DNA of 64,000 nucleotides from Auanema rhodensis (lineage: Eukaryota; Animalia; Nematoda): positions 11,904,001 through 11,968,000 of the forward strand of contig OZ059894.1 in assembly GCA_964057225.1 (NCBI GenBank), in the 5' to 3' direction. Below, piece after piece: positions 35,741 to 51,356 of the stretch. A program made the translations under genes and the position numbers. Position 1 is the stretch's first letter; each line of letters starts with the position of its first letter. The notes beneath the pieces were generated by a model. The model searched no databases, was not told the DNA's origin, and worked only from the letters and a program-made list of their open reading frames with translations.

Positions 35741-37067
35741 ACAGTAAAAAGTCCAATCAAGAGAGAAATTTTTTCAACACATAGTTGTTTTTTTTTAAAT
35801 ATCATTGTTTTTCCTCATAACTCGGTTTAAACTCGTTCTAACCCGTTGAAATACGTCTAGAAAGTCTTTATAACATGCATATGTATGATAGAACTTCATA
35901 TTTATTGTAATAGAAAATTTTATTTTCAGACGTCTTGGTTAACAATGATATGTTTTACCCCCTTATAATTTTTATCATAATGTTCCTTATACGGAACGCT
36001 CAATGAAACTTGCTTCCAGAAAAATTTCTTTCTATTTTTTCTTCATATGTACGTAGATACTATAGAGAACTATGATAGAAAACTTTAACATTCACGAAAT
36101 CATCATTTCTCATTACGCTACGGAGGTTTAAAAAGCTGTGTTTTACCTTATAATAGACCGGAAAACCCTTGTGTTAAAACTGGACCGTTTTTACACATAT
36201 AAAAATGTCCCGTATTCGGGACCCTAATGTAACTTTTGATTCCCTATATTTTTTTTCATGAAATTTACAATCTACTGTAGAAAGAAGAATTATTTTTATA
36301 AAAACTGTAAATTTTTGAAAAATGAAAACAAAACGAAAACAAAAACAACTTTTTTTTGAACATTTTCTCACACAAGGGTCCCCCCTTACCTACTTTTTTT
36401 CTCATTACTCGTTTCAACCTCATCCGATCACTCTGCAAACATGTTTAATCGTTCTAACTTGTTGAAATACGTCTTAAAAGTCTAAACAACATGCATATGC
36501 ATAATAGAAACCACCCGAATAGGCCCCCACGCACTAAACGAGATATATACATTACCAGTATAGTAATAGAACACATATTGAAGATTAATTCGATAAGAAC
36601 AATTTATTGACGTAGAGAATGTTTGTTCCGAAAAACTACAATATTAAACTATAAAAGTAACAAAAGCGTAGAGGCAGCAAAGACATGAATAAACATAAAT
36701 GTAAATACAGAATTACCAGGTAGTACATAAGTATGACAAAAAATTATAAGAAAGCCATGAAAATAGAAGGTTTGTGAACAAATGAGAGGTACATCTTTGA
36801 TCGTATAGTCATTTCTAAACCGTTCGTATGCTGCAGCATCGTCATAAGCGTCACTCAAGTTGAATTTCCATGTGTACTACACGATTTTCATTCTTATTGT
36901 TACATTCTTTCCCTGAGGGAATGGGCCGTTCCCGCCAGCAGTGCAAGAGCGGGTCGACCCGTGAGGTGGAGCTAGCAAGCCAGCATCTACCTCAAGTCTC
37001 AAAAATCGGTTAACCTTATTGTGAACCAATGGAACACATATCGAAGGTTAATTCGATAAGAACGATT

Positions 37068-37854
37068 TATTGAAGTAGATAATGTTTGTCCCGGAGGACT
37101 ACAATATTAAAATAATTACTGAAGCCCGAAGGCAGCGAGAAATAGTAAGGATACTACCTGCACTGAGTGCGTCGTATCATAAAAAAAGAGATAGCTAATG
37201 GGCAAGTTGAAGAGCTTGAAATTAACAATGACGTCACTAGAAGTAAAGTTTTCTATCTGCAGCTGCGGGTAAAGAGGGTCAGCGTAAGCAGAATTCAATT
37301 CTACCAACAATTAGTGGGAACATTGAGAGAACAGATGAAGGAGGAAATTGTAACTTCAAGTAAAATAGATTATATCTTCAGCTGCGGGTAAAGAGAGTCA
37401 GCTTTGTACAGATTACTAGTTTACATAAGAAGTGGTAACATTTCAAAAAAGGAGCACAACATAAAAAACGAGACTACGGACTATGAGGTAAATGTTATCA
37501 TTGTCTGGATCGATGATTCGGCATTTGATTGCAGCTGCGGATTGAGTGGATCAGCTTGCATGGCGTCCGCATTCGACATCAGGGAAAATGATGAGTTTCT
37601 TGAGGTCCGGCTCGGCGGGCTGTTATGTCCTATTCCCTGTTGATGGTGTTGTTGTCCTTGAGCTTGTTCTTCTTCCCAGAAAAAAAAAACTGTGAAGCTG
37701 AAGAGTCCTATTAAACGTCTTTAAACGCAAGATTAATAAGAAGCTACTACAGCTAACACAGGACCGCCTCAAGGCCTGGTAGATCAACCAGTGTTGCTTC
37801 AATCACCAAGTATTGCGGCCTGGGCCCTTGGATCAATTCACAACACCAGTATAG
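37068..37854 (-). mobile_element. Short U2-inserted element, copy 6
   Basis: Matches copy 1, A-tract 1 nt shorter. Confidence 0.88.
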
Positions 37855-38375
37855 CAATGGAACACATATCGAAGGTTAATTCGATAAGAACGATTACTAC
37901 ACTTTGATCTTAGCCAAAAGGCCGAGAAGCGATACAGCATAGCCATGAGTATCAAAGACATCAAGCAAATGTATCGTACTTGTTACGAGTGCACTCTCTC
38001 ATTTGAATATAAAAGTGTGGTTTGACAATCTTGACTGTACAGGTCATAAATGGCTCATATAAACTGTGGATTTACTCAACTTTTGGACTTATTTTTTTCT
38101 TATTCGAAGCGCTGCACTTTTTTCTATTCTTTTTATTCAAATACTTGTATATAGTTTTATATGTACGGTTGCAAAGTTTCCGAATATTTTATATATTTTT
38201 ATACAATAATTAGGAGAAGGTTAATACAATGAAATCTCCCAACTTTACAGTGTTTGTATTGCTTACAGTATCTAGAACAACCACTCTTGTAATATTAGAG
38301 CACATATCAATCAACAACTTTTTCTAGTTATCAAAGCTTTTTTATTTCTTCAAGATATTTCAAATAAAATATAAA

Positions 38376-38494
38376 AGCTTACGACACCCGGGATTCCCAA
38401 GCCGTCTCCGATCCAAGTACTAACCGGGCCCAACGTTGCTTGACTTGCCAGATCGGACGGGATGGCGTACTTTCAACGTGGTATGGTCGTAAGC
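38376..38494 (-). rRNA. 5S: 5S rRNA
   Basis: Identical copy. Confidence 0.98.
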
Positions 38495-38735
38495 AATGTT
38501 ATATTCTTCATTATCAGTTATATCACTCTAAATCTTGTTGTTAATAGTTAGGACCACAAAGAAAACAACAGGAACAGTAACAAATGAAATGCCCAAACTT
38601 TACAGTGTTCGAGTTATTTACAGTATCTAAGACTACCTCTGTCGTGTTATTAGAGCAAACATTCGATTAACAACAACTTTTTTTTAGTTATCAAAGCTTT
38701 TTTATTTCTTCAAAAAATTTCAAATAAAATATAAA

Positions 38736-38854
38736 AGCTTACGACACCCGGGATTCCCAAGCCGTCTCCGATCCAAGTACTAACCGGGCCCAACGTTGCT
38801 TGACTTGCCAGATCGGACGGGATGGCGTACTTTCAACGTGGTATGGTCGTAAGC
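38736..38854 (-). rRNA. 5S: 5S rRNA
   Basis: Identical copy. Confidence 0.98.
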
Positions 38855-38996
38855 AATGTCATATTCTTCATTATCAGTTATATCACTCTAAATCTTGTTG
38901 TTAATAGATACGACCACAAAGAAAACAACAGGAACAGTAACAATAACAAAAAAAATTTTTTTTTCACCTATGTGTCTAAAGGTTAGCCATGTATCC

Positions 38997-39032
<36 letters not shown>

Positions 39033-40359
39033 ACAGTAAAAAGTCCAATCAAGAGAGAAATTTTTTCAACACATAGTTGTTTTTTTTTAAATATCATTGT
39101 TTTTCCTCATAACTCGGTTTAAACTCGTTCTAACCCGTTGAAATACGTCTAGAAAGTCTTTATAACATGCATATGTATGATAGAACTTCATATTTATTGT
39201 AATAGAAAATTTTATTTTCAGACGTCTTGGTTAACAATGATATGTTTTACCCCCTTATAATTTTTATCATAATGTTCCTTATACGGAACGCTCAATGAAA
39301 CTTGCTTCCAGAAAAATTTCTTTCTATTTTTTCTTCATATGTACGTAGATACTATAGAGAACTATGATAGAAAACTTTAACATTCACGAAATCATCATTT
39401 CTCATTACGCTACGGAGGTTTAAAAAGCTGTGTTTTACCTTATAATAGACCGGAAAACCCTTGTGTTAAAACTGGACCGTTTTTACACATATAAAAATGT
39501 CCCGTATTCGGGACCCTAATGTAACTTTTGATTCCCTATATTTTTTTTCATGAAATTTACAATCTACTGTAGAAAGAAGAATTATTTTTATAAAAACTGT
39601 AAATTTTTGAAAAATGAAAACAAAACGAAAACAAAAACAACTTTTTTTTGAACATTTTCTCACACAAGGGTCCCCCCTTACCTACTTTTTTTCTCATTAC
39701 TCGTTTCAACCTCATCCGATCACTCTGCAAACATGTTTAATCGTTCTAACTTGTTGAAATACGTCTTAAAAGTCTAAACAACATGCATATGCATAATAGA
39801 AACCACCCGAATAGGCCCCCACGCACTAAACGAGATATATACATTACCAGTATAGTAATAGAACACATATTGAAGATTAATTCGATAAGAACAATTTATT
39901 GACGTAGAGAATGTTTGTTCCGAAAAACTACAATATTAAACTATAAAAGTAACAAAAGCGTAGAGGCAGCAAAGACATGAATAAACATAAATGTAAATAC
40001 AGAATTACCAGGTAGTACATAAGTATGACAAAAAATTATAAGAAAGCCATGAAAATAGAAGGTTTGTGAACAAATGAGAGGTACATCTTTGATCGTATAG
40101 TCATTTCTAAACCGTTCGTATGCTGCAGCATCGTCATAAGCGTCACTCAAGTTGAATTTCCATGTGTACTACACGATTTTCATTCTTATTGTTACATTCT
40201 TTCCCTGAGGGAATGGGCCGTTCCCGCCAGCAGTGCAAGAGCGGGTCGACCCGTGAGGTGGAGCTAGCAAGCCAGCATCTACCTCAAGTCTCAAAAATCG
40301 GTTAACCTTATTGTGAACCAATGGAACACATATCGAAGGTTAATTCGATAAGAACGATT

Positions 40360-41147
40360 TATTGAAGTAGATAATGTTTGTCCCGGAGGACTACAATATT
40401 AAAATAATTACTGAAGCCCGAAGGCAGCGAGAAATAGTAAGGATACTACCTGCACTGAGTGCGTCGTATCATAAAAAAAGAGATAGCTAATGGGCAAGTT
40501 GAAGAGCTTGAAATTAACAATGACGTCACTAGAAGTAAAGTTTTCTATCTGCAGCTGCGGGTAAAGAGGGTCAGCGTAAGCAGAATTCAATTCTACCAAC
40601 AATTAGTGGGAACATTGAGAGAACAGATGAAGGAGGAAATTGTAACTTCAAGTAAAATAGATTATATCTTCAGCTGCGGGTAAAGAGAGTCAGCTTTGTA
40701 CAGATTACTAGTTTACATAAGAAGTGGTAACATTTCAAAAAAGGAGCACAACATAAAAAACGAGACTACGGACTATGAGGTAAATGTTATCATTGTCTGG
40801 ATCGATGATTCGGCATTTGATTGCAGCTGCGGATTGAGTGGATCAGCTTGCATGGCGTCCGCATTCGACATCAGGGAAAATGATGAGTTTCTTGAGGTCC
40901 GGCTCGGCGGGCTGTTATGTCCTATTCCCTGTTGATGGTGTTGTTGTCCTTGAGCTTGTTCTTCTTCCCAGAAAAAAAAAAACTGTGAAGCTGAAGAGTC
41001 CTATTAAACGTCTTTAAACGCAAGATTAATAAGAAGCTACTACAGCTAACACAGGACCGCCTCAAGGCCTGGTAGATCAACCAGTGTTGCTTCAATCACC
41101 AAGTATTGCGGCCTGGGCCCTTGGATCAATTCACAACACCAGTATAG
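40360..41147 (-). mobile_element. Short U2-inserted element, copy 7
   Basis: Matches copy 1. Confidence 0.88.
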
Positions 41148-41668
41148 CAATGGAACACATATCGAAGGTTAATTCGATAAGAACGATTACTACACTTTGA
41201 TCTTAGCCAAAAGGCCGAGAAGCGATACAGCATAGCCATGAGTATCAAAGACATCAAGCAAATGTATCGTACTTGTTACGAGTGCACTCTCTCATTTGAA
41301 TATAAAAGTGTGGTTTGACAATCTTGACTGTACAGGTCATAAATGGCTCATATAAACTGTGGATTTACTCAACTTTTGGACTTATTTTTTTCTTATTCGA
41401 AGCGCTGCACTTTTTTCTATTCTTTTTATTCAAATACTTGTATATAGTTTTATATGTACGGTTGCAAAGTTTCCGAATATTTTATATATTTTTATACAAT
41501 AATTAGGAGAAGGTTAATACAATGAAATCTCCCAACTTTACAGTGTTTGTATTGCTTACAGTATCTAGAACAACCACTCTTGTAATATTAGAGCACATAT
41601 CAATCAACAACTTTTTCTAGTTATCAAAGCTTTTTTATTTCTTCAAGATATTTCAAATAAAATATAAA

Positions 41669-41787
41669 AGCTTACGACACCCGGGATTCCCAAGCCGTCT
41701 CCGATCCAAGTACTAACCGGGCCCAACGTTGCTTGACTTGCCAGATCGGACGGGATGGCGTACTTTCAACGTGGTATGGTCGTAAGC
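41669..41787 (-). rRNA. 5S: 5S rRNA
   Basis: Identical copy. Confidence 0.98.
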
Positions 41788-42028
41788 AATGTTATATTCT
41801 TCATTATCAGTTATATCACTCTAAATCTTGTTGTTAATAGTTAGGACCACAAAGAAAACAACAGGAACAGTAACAAATGAAATGCCCAAACTTTACAGTG
41901 TTCGAGTTATTTACAGTATCTAAGACTACCTCTGTCGTGTTATTAGAGCAAACATTCGATTAACAACAACTTTTTTTTAGTTATCAAAGCTTTTTTATTT
42001 CTTCAAAAAATTTCAAATAAAATATAAA

Positions 42029-42147
42029 AGCTTACGACACCCGGGATTCCCAAGCCGTCTCCGATCCAAGTACTAACCGGGCCCAACGTTGCTTGACTTG
42101 CCAGATCGGACGGGATGGCGTACTTTCAACGTGGTATGGTCGTAAGC
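42029..42147 (-). rRNA. 5S: 5S rRNA
   Basis: Identical copy. Confidence 0.98.
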
Positions 42148-42289
42148 AATGTCATATTCTTCATTATCAGTTATATCACTCTAAATCTTGTTGTTAATAG
42201 ATACGACCACAAAGAAAACAACAGGAACAGTAACAATAACAAAAAAAATTTTTTTTTCACCTATGTGTCTAAAGGTTAGCCATGTATCC

Positions 42290-42345
<56 letters not shown>

Positions 42346-43672
42346 ACAGTAAAAAGTCCAATCAAGAGAGAAATTTTTTCAACACATAGTTGTTTTTTTT
42401 TAAATATCATTGTTTTTCCTCATAACTCGGTTTAAACTCGTTCTAACCCGTTGAAATACGTCTAGAAAGTCTTTATAACATGCATATGTATGATAGAACT
42501 TCATATTTATTGTAATAGAAAATTTTATTTTCAGACGTCTTGGTTAACAATGATATGTTTTACCCCCTTATAATTTTTATCATAATGTTCCTTATACGGA
42601 ACGCTCAATGAAACTTGCTTCCAGAAAAATTTCTTTCTATTTTTTCTTCATATGTACGTAGATACTATAGAGAACTATGATAGAAAACTTTAACATTCAC
42701 GAAATCATCATTTCTCATTACGCTACGGAGGTTTAAAAAGCTGTGTTTTACCTTATAATAGACCGGAAAACCCTTGTGTTAAAACTGGACCGTTTTTACA
42801 CATATAAAAATGTCCCGTATTCGGGACCCTAATGTAACTTTTGATTCCCTATATTTTTTTTCATGAAATTTACAATCTACTGTAGAAAGAAGAATTATTT
42901 TTATAAAAACTGTAAATTTTTGAAAAATGAAAACAAAACGAAAACAAAAACAACTTTTTTTTGAACATTTTCTCACACAAGGGTCCCCCCTTACCTACTT
43001 TTTTTCTCATTACTCGTTTCAACCTCATCCGATCACTCTGCAAACATGTTTAATCGTTCTAACTTGTTGAAATACGTCTTAAAAGTCTAAACAACATGCA
43101 TATGCATAATAGAAACCACCCGAATAGGCCCCCACGCACTAAACGAGATATATACATTACCAGTATAGTAATAGAACACATATTGAAGATTAATTCGATA
43201 AGAACAATTTATTGACGTAGAGAATGTTTGTTCCGAAAAACTACAATATTAAACTATAAAAGTAACAAAAGCGTAGAGGCAGCAAAGACATGAATAAACA
43301 TAAATGTAAATACAGAATTACCAGGTAGTACATAAGTATGACAAAAAATTATAAGAAAGCCATGAAAATAGAAGGTTTGTGAACAAATGAGAGGTACATC
43401 TTTGATCGTATAGTCATTTCTAAACCGTTCGTATGCTGCAGCATCGTCATAAGCGTCACTCAAGTTGAATTTCCATGTGTACTACACGATTTTCATTCTT
43501 ATTGTTACATTCTTTCCCTGAGGGAATGGGCCGTTCCCGCCAGCAGTGCAAGAGCGGGTCGACCCGTGAGGTGGAGCTAGCAAGCCAGCATCTACCTCAA
43601 GTCTCAAAAATCGGTTAACCTTATTGTGAACCAATGGAACACATATCGAAGGTTAATTCGATAAGAACGATT

Positions 43673-44460
43673 TATTGAAGTAGATAATGTTTGTCCCGGA
43701 GGACTACAATATTAAAATAATTACTGAAGCCCGAAGGCAGCGAGAAATAGTAAGGATACTACCTGCACTGAGTGCGTCGTATCATAAAAAAAGAGATAGC
43801 TAATGGGCAAGTTGAAGAGCTTGAAATTAACAATGACGTCACTAGAAGTAAAGTTTTCTATCTGCAGCTGCGGGTAAAGAGGGTCAGCGTAAGCAGAATT
43901 CAATTCTACCAACAATTAGTGGGAACATTGAGAGAACAGATGAAGGAGGAAATTGTAACTTCAAGTAAAATAGATTATATCTTCAGCTGCGGGTAAAGAG
44001 AGTCAGCTTTGTACAGATTACTAGTTTACATAAGAAGTGGTAACATTTCAAAAAAGGAGCACAACATAAAAAACGAGACTACGGACTATGAGGTAAATGT
44101 TATCATTGTCTGGATCGATGATTCGGCATTTGATTGCAGCTGCGGATTGAGTGGATCAGCTTGCATGGCGTCCGCATTCGACATCAGGGAAAATGATGAG
44201 TTTCTTGAGGTCCGGCTCGGCGGGCTGTTATGTCCTATTCCCTGTTGATGGTGTTGTTGTCCTTGAGCTTGTTCTTCTTCCCAGAAAAAAAAAAACTGTG
44301 AAGCTGAAGAGTCCTATTAAACGTCTTTAAACGCAAGATTAATAAGAAGCTACTACAGCTAACACAGGACCGCCTCAAGGCCTGGTAGATCAACCAGTGT
44401 TGCTTCAATCACCAAGTATTGCGGCCTGGGCCCTTGGATCAATTCACAACACCAGTATAG
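43673..44460 (-). mobile_element. Short U2-inserted element, copy 8
   Basis: Matches copy 1. Confidence 0.88.
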
Positions 44461-44981
44461 CAATGGAACACATATCGAAGGTTAATTCGATAAGAACGAT
44501 TACTACACTTTGATCTTAGCCAAAAGGCCGAGAAGCGATACAGCATAGCCATGAGTATCAAAGACATCAAGCAAATGTATCGTACTTGTTACGAGTGCAC
44601 TCTCTCATTTGAATATAAAAGTGTGGTTTGACAATCTTGACTGTACAGGTCATAAATGGCTCATATAAACTGTGGATTTACTCAACTTTTGGACTTATTT
44701 TTTTCTTATTCGAAGCGCTGCACTTTTTTCTATTCTTTTTATTCAAATACTTGTATATAGTTTTATATGTACGGTTGCAAAGTTTCCGAATATTTTATAT
44801 ATTTTTATACAATAATTAGGAGAAGGTTAATACAATGAAATCTCCCAACTTTACAGTGTTTGTATTGCTTACAGTATCTAGAACAACCACTCTTGTAATA
44901 TTAGAGCACATATCAATCAACAACTTTTTCTAGTTATCAAAGCTTTTTTATTTCTTCAAGATATTTCAAATAAAATATAAA

Positions 44982-45100
44982 AGCTTACGACACCCGGGAT
45001 TCCCAAGCCGTCTCCGATCCAAGTACTAACCGGGCCCAACGTTGCTTGACTTGCCAGATCGGACGGGATGGCGTACTTTCAACGTGGTATGGTCGTAAGC
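44982..45100 (-). rRNA. 5S: 5S rRNA (single-5S unit)
   Basis: Identical copy, hybrid flanks. Confidence 0.98.
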
Positions 45101-45242
45101 AATGTCATATTCTTCATTATCAGTTATATCACTCTAAATCTTGTTGTTAATAGATACGACCACAAAGAAAACAACAGGAACAGTAACAATAACAAAAAAA
45201 ATTTTTTTTTCACCTATGTGTCTAAAGGTTAGCCATGTATCC

Positions 45243-45292
<50 letters not shown>

Positions 45293-46619
45293 ACAGTAAA
45301 AAGTCCAATCAAGAGAGAAATTTTTTCAACACATAGTTGTTTTTTTTTAAATATCATTGTTTTTCCTCATAACTCGGTTTAAACTCGTTCTAACCCGTTG
45401 AAATACGTCTAGAAAGTCTTTATAACATGCATATGTATGATAGAACTTCATATTTATTGTAATAGAAAATTTTATTTTCAGACGTCTTGGTTAACAATGA
45501 TATGTTTTACCCCCTTATAATTTTTATCATAATGTTCCTTATACGGAACGCTCAATGAAACTTGCTTCCAGAAAAATTTCTTTCTATTTTTTCTTCATAT
45601 GTACGTAGATACTATAGAGAACTATGATAGAAAACTTTAACATTCACGAAATCATCATTTCTCATTACGCTACGGAGGTTTAAAAAGCTGTGTTTTACCT
45701 TATAATAGACCGGAAAACCCTTGTGTTAAAACTGGACCGTTTTTACACATATAAAAATGTCCCGTATTCGGGACCCTAATGTAACTTTTGATTCCCTATA
45801 TTTTTTTTCATGAAATTTACAATCTACTGTAGAAAGAAGAATTATTTTTATAAAAACTGTAAATTTTTGAAAAATGAAAACAAAACGAAAACAAAAACAA
45901 CTTTTTTTTGAACATTTTCTCACACAAGGGTCCCCCCTTACCTACTTTTTTTCTCATTACTCGTTTCAACCTCATCCGATCACTCTGCAAACATGTTTAA
46001 TCGTTCTAACTTGTTGAAATACGTCTTAAAAGTCTAAACAACATGCATATGCATAATAGAAACCACCCGAATAGGCCCCCACGCACTAAACGAGATATAT
46101 ACATTACCAGTATAGTAATAGAACACATATTGAAGATTAATTCGATAAGAACAATTTATTGACGTAGAGAATGTTTGTTCCGAAAAACTACAATATTAAA
46201 CTATAAAAGTAACAAAAGCGTAGAGGCAGCAAAGACATGAATAAACATAAATGTAAATACAGAATTACCAGGTAGTACATAAGTATGACAAAAAATTATA
46301 AGAAAGCCATGAAAATAGAAGGTTTGTGAACAAATGAGAGGTACATCTTTGATCGTATAGTCATTTCTAAACCGTTCGTATGCTGCAGCATCGTCATAAG
46401 CGTCACTCAAGTTGAATTTCCATGTGTACTACACGATTTTCATTCTTATTGTTACATTCTTTCCCTGAGGGAATGGGCCGTTCCCGCCAGCAGTGCAAGA
46501 GCGGGTCGACCCGTGAGGTGGAGCTAGCAAGCCAGCATCTACCTCAAGTCTCAAAAATCGGTTAACCTTATTGTGAACCAATGGAACACATATCGAAGGT
46601 TAATTCGATAAGAACGATT

Positions 46620-47407
46620 TATTGAAGTAGATAATGTTTGTCCCGGAGGACTACAATATTAAAATAATTACTGAAGCCCGAAGGCAGCGAGAAATAGTAA
46701 GGATACTACCTGCACTGAGTGCGTCGTATCATAAAAAAAGAGATAGCTAATGGGCAAGTTGAAGAGCTTGAAATTAACAATGACGTCACTAGAAGTAAAG
46801 TTTTCTATCTGCAGCTGCGGGTAAAGAGGGTCAGCGTAAGCAGAATTCAATTCTACCAACAATTAGTGGGAACATTGAGAGAACAGATGAAGGAGGAAAT
46901 TGTAACTTCAAGTAAAATAGATTATATCTTCAGCTGCGGGTAAAGAGAGTCAGCTTTGTACAGATTACTAGTTTACATAAGAAGTGGTAACATTTCAAAA
47001 AAGGAGCACAACATAAAAAACGAGACTACGGACTATGAGGTAAATGTTATCATTGTCTGGATCGATGATTCGGCATTTGATTGCAGCTGCGGATTGAGTG
47101 GATCAGCTTGCATGGCGTCCGCATTCGACATCAGGGAAAATGATGAGTTTCTTGAGGTCCGGCTCGGCGGGCTGTTATGTCCTATTCCCTGTTGATGGTG
47201 TTGTTGTCCTTGAGCTTGTTCTTCTTCCCAGAAAAAAAAAAACTGTGAAGCTGAAGAGTCCTATTAAACGTCTTTAAACGCAAGATTAATAAGAAGCTAC
47301 TACAGCTAACACAGGACCGCCTCAAGGCCTGGTAGATCAACCAGTGTTGCTTCAATCACCAAGTATTGCGGCCTGGGCCCTTGGATCAATTCACAACACC
47401 AGTATAG
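46620..47407 (-). mobile_element. Short U2-inserted element, copy 9
   Basis: Matches copy 1. Confidence 0.88.
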
Positions 47408-47928
47408 CAATGGAACACATATCGAAGGTTAATTCGATAAGAACGATTACTACACTTTGATCTTAGCCAAAAGGCCGAGAAGCGATACAGCATAGCCATG
47501 AGTATCAAAGACATCAAGCAAATGTATCGTACTTGTTACGAGTGCACTCTCTCATTTGAATATAAAAGTGTGGTTTGACAATCTTGACTGTACAGGTCAT
47601 AAATGGCTCATATAAACTGTGGATTTACTCAACTTTTGGACTTATTTTTTTCTTATTCGAAGCGCTGCACTTTTTTCTATTCTTTTTATTCAAATACTTG
47701 TATATAGTTTTATATGTACGGTTGCAAAGTTTCCGAATATTTTATATATTTTTATACAATAATTAGGAGAAGGTTAATACAATGAAATCTCCCAACTTTA
47801 CAGTGTTTGTATTGCTTACAGTATCTAGAACAACCACTCTTGTAATATTAGAGCACATATCAATCAACAACTTTTTCTAGTTATCAAAGCTTTTTTATTT
47901 CTTCAAGATATTTCAAATAAAATATAAA

Positions 47929-48047
47929 AGCTTACGACACCCGGGATTCCCAAGCCGTCTCCGATCCAAGTACTAACCGGGCCCAACGTTGCTTGACTTG
48001 CCAGATCGGACGGGATGGCGTACTTTCAACGTGGTATGGTCGTAAGC
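47929..48047 (-). rRNA. 5S: 5S rRNA
   Basis: Identical copy. Confidence 0.98.
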
Positions 48048-48288
48048 AATGTTATATTCTTCATTATCAGTTATATCACTCTAAATCTTGTTGTTAATAG
48101 TTAGGACCACAAAGAAAACAACAGGAACAGTAACAAATGAAATGCCCAAACTTTACAGTGTTCGAGTTATTTACAGTATCTAAGACTACCTCTGTCGTGT
48201 TATTAGAGCAAACATTCGATTAACAACAACTTTTTTTTAGTTATCAAAGCTTTTTTATTTCTTCAAAAAATTTCAAATAAAATATAAA

Positions 48289-48407
48289 AGCTTACGACAC
48301 CCGGGATTCCCAAGCCGTCTCCGATCCAAGTACTAACCGGGCCCAACGTTGCTTGACTTGCCAGATCGGACGGGATGGCGTACTTTCAACGTGGTATGGT
48401 CGTAAGC
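48289..48407 (-). rRNA. 5S: 5S rRNA
   Basis: Identical copy. Confidence 0.98.
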
Positions 48408-48549
48408 AATGTCATATTCTTCATTATCAGTTATATCACTCTAAATCTTGTTGTTAATAGATACGACCACAAAGAAAACAACAGGAACAGTAACAATAAC
48501 AAAAAAAATTTTTTTTTCACCTATGTGTCTAAAGGTTAGCCATGTATCC

Positions 48550-48601
<52 letters not shown>

Positions 48602-49928
48602 ACAGTAAAAAGTCCAATCAAGAGAGAAATTTTTTCAACACATAGTTGTTTTTTTTTAAATATCATTGTTTTTCCTCATAACTCGGTTTAAACTCGTTCT
48701 AACCCGTTGAAATACGTCTAGAAAGTCTTTATAACATGCATATGTATGATAGAACTTCATATTTATTGTAATAGAAAATTTTATTTTCAGACGTCTTGGT
48801 TAACAATGATATGTTTTACCCCCTTATAATTTTTATCATAATGTTCCTTATACGGAACGCTCAATGAAACTTGCTTCCAGAAAAATTTCTTTCTATTTTT
48901 TCTTCATATGTACGTAGATACTATAGAGAACTATGATAGAAAACTTTAACATTCACGAAATCATCATTTCTCATTACGCTACGGAGGTTTAAAAAGCTGT
49001 GTTTTACCTTATAATAGACCGGAAAACCCTTGTGTTAAAACTGGACCGTTTTTACACATATAAAAATGTCCCGTATTCGGGACCCTAATGTAACTTTTGA
49101 TTCCCTATATTTTTTTTCATGAAATTTACAATCTACTGTAGAAAGAAGAATTATTTTTATAAAAACTGTAAATTTTTGAAAAATGAAAACAAAACGAAAA
49201 CAAAAACAACTTTTTTTTGAACATTTTCTCACACAAGGGTCCCCCCTTACCTACTTTTTTTCTCATTACTCGTTTCAACCTCATCCGATCACTCTGCAAA
49301 CATGTTTAATCGTTCTAACTTGTTGAAATACGTCTTAAAAGTCTAAACAACATGCATATGCATAATAGAAACCACCCGAATAGGCCCCCACGCACTAAAC
49401 GAGATATATACATTACCAGTATAGTAATAGAACACATATTGAAGATTAATTCGATAAGAACAATTTATTGACGTAGAGAATGTTTGTTCCGAAAAACTAC
49501 AATATTAAACTATAAAAGTAACAAAAGCGTAGAGGCAGCAAAGACATGAATAAACATAAATGTAAATACAGAATTACCAGGTAGTACATAAGTATGACAA
49601 AAAATTATAAGAAAGCCATGAAAATAGAAGGTTTGTGAACAAATGAGAGGTACATCTTTGATCGTATAGTCATTTCTAAACCGTTCGTATGCTGCAGCAT
49701 CGTCATAAGCGTCACTCAAGTTGAATTTCCATGTGTACTACACGATTTTCATTCTTATTGTTACATTCTTTCCCTGAGGGAATGGGCCGTTCCCGCCAGC
49801 AGTGCAAGAGCGGGTCGACCCGTGAGGTGGAGCTAGCAAGCCAGCATCTACCTCAAGTCTCAAAAATCGGTTAACCTTATTGTGAACCAATGGAACACAT
49901 ATCGAAGGTTAATTCGATAAGAACGATT

Positions 49929-50716
49929 TATTGAAGTAGATAATGTTTGTCCCGGAGGACTACAATATTAAAATAATTACTGAAGCCCGAAGGCAGCGAG
50001 AAATAGTAAGGATACTACCTGCACTGAGTGCGTCGTATCATAAAAAAAGAGATAGCTAATGGGCAAGTTGAAGAGCTTGAAATTAACAATGACGTCACTA
50101 GAAGTAAAGTTTTCTATCTGCAGCTGCGGGTAAAGAGGGTCAGCGTAAGCAGAATTCAATTCTACCAACAATTAGTGGGAACATTGAGAGAACAGATGAA
50201 GGAGGAAATTGTAACTTCAAGTAAAATAGATTATATCTTCAGCTGCGGGTAAAGAGAGTCAGCTTTGTACAGATTACTAGTTTACATAAGAAGTGGTAAC
50301 ATTTCAAAAAAGGAGCACAACATAAAAAACGAGACTACGGACTATGAGGTAAATGTTATCATTGTCTGGATCGATGATTCGGCATTTGATTGCAGCTGCG
50401 GATTGAGTGGATCAGCTTGCATGGCGTCCGCATTCGACATCAGGGAAAATGATGAGTTTCTTGAGGTCCGGCTCGGCGGGCTGTTATGTCCTATTCCCTG
50501 TTGATGGTGTTGTTGTCCTTGAGCTTGTTCTTCTTCCCAGAAAAAAAAAAACTGTGAAGCTGAAGAGTCCTATTAAACGTCTTTAAACGCAAGATTAATA
50601 AGAAGCTACTACAGCTAACACAGGACCGCCTCAAGGCCTGGTAGATCAACCAGTGTTGCTTCAATCACCAAGTATTGCGGCCTGGGCCCTTGGATCAATT
50701 CACAACACCAGTATAG
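49929..50716 (-). mobile_element. Short U2-inserted element, copy 10
   Basis: Matches copy 1. Confidence 0.88.
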
Positions 50717-51237
50717 CAATGGAACACATATCGAAGGTTAATTCGATAAGAACGATTACTACACTTTGATCTTAGCCAAAAGGCCGAGAAGCGATACAGC
50801 ATAGCCATGAGTATCAAAGACATCAAGCAAATGTATCGTACTTGTTACGAGTGCACTCTCTCATTTGAATATAAAAGTGTGGTTTGACAATCTTGACTGT
50901 ACAGGTCATAAATGGCTCATATAAACTGTGGATTTACTCAACTTTTGGACTTATTTTTTTCTTATTCGAAGCGCTGCACTTTTTTCTATTCTTTTTATTC
51001 AAATACTTGTATATAGTTTTATATGTACGGTTGCAAAGTTTCCGAATATTTTATATATTTTTATACAATAATTAGGAGAAGGTTAATACAATGAAATCTC
51101 CCAACTTTACAGTGTTTGTATTGCTTACAGTATCTAGAACAACCACTCTTGTAATATTAGAGCACATATCAATCAACAACTTTTTCTAGTTATCAAAGCT
51201 TTTTTATTTCTTCAAGATATTTCAAATAAAATATAAA

Positions 51238-51356
51238 AGCTTACGACACCCGGGATTCCCAAGCCGTCTCCGATCCAAGTACTAACCGGGCCCAACGTTG
51301 CTTGACTTGCCAGATCGGACGGGATGGCGTACTTTCAACGTGGTATGGTCGTAAGC
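51238..51356 (-). rRNA. 5S: 5S rRNA (single-5S unit)
   Basis: Identical copy, hybrid flanks. Confidence 0.98.
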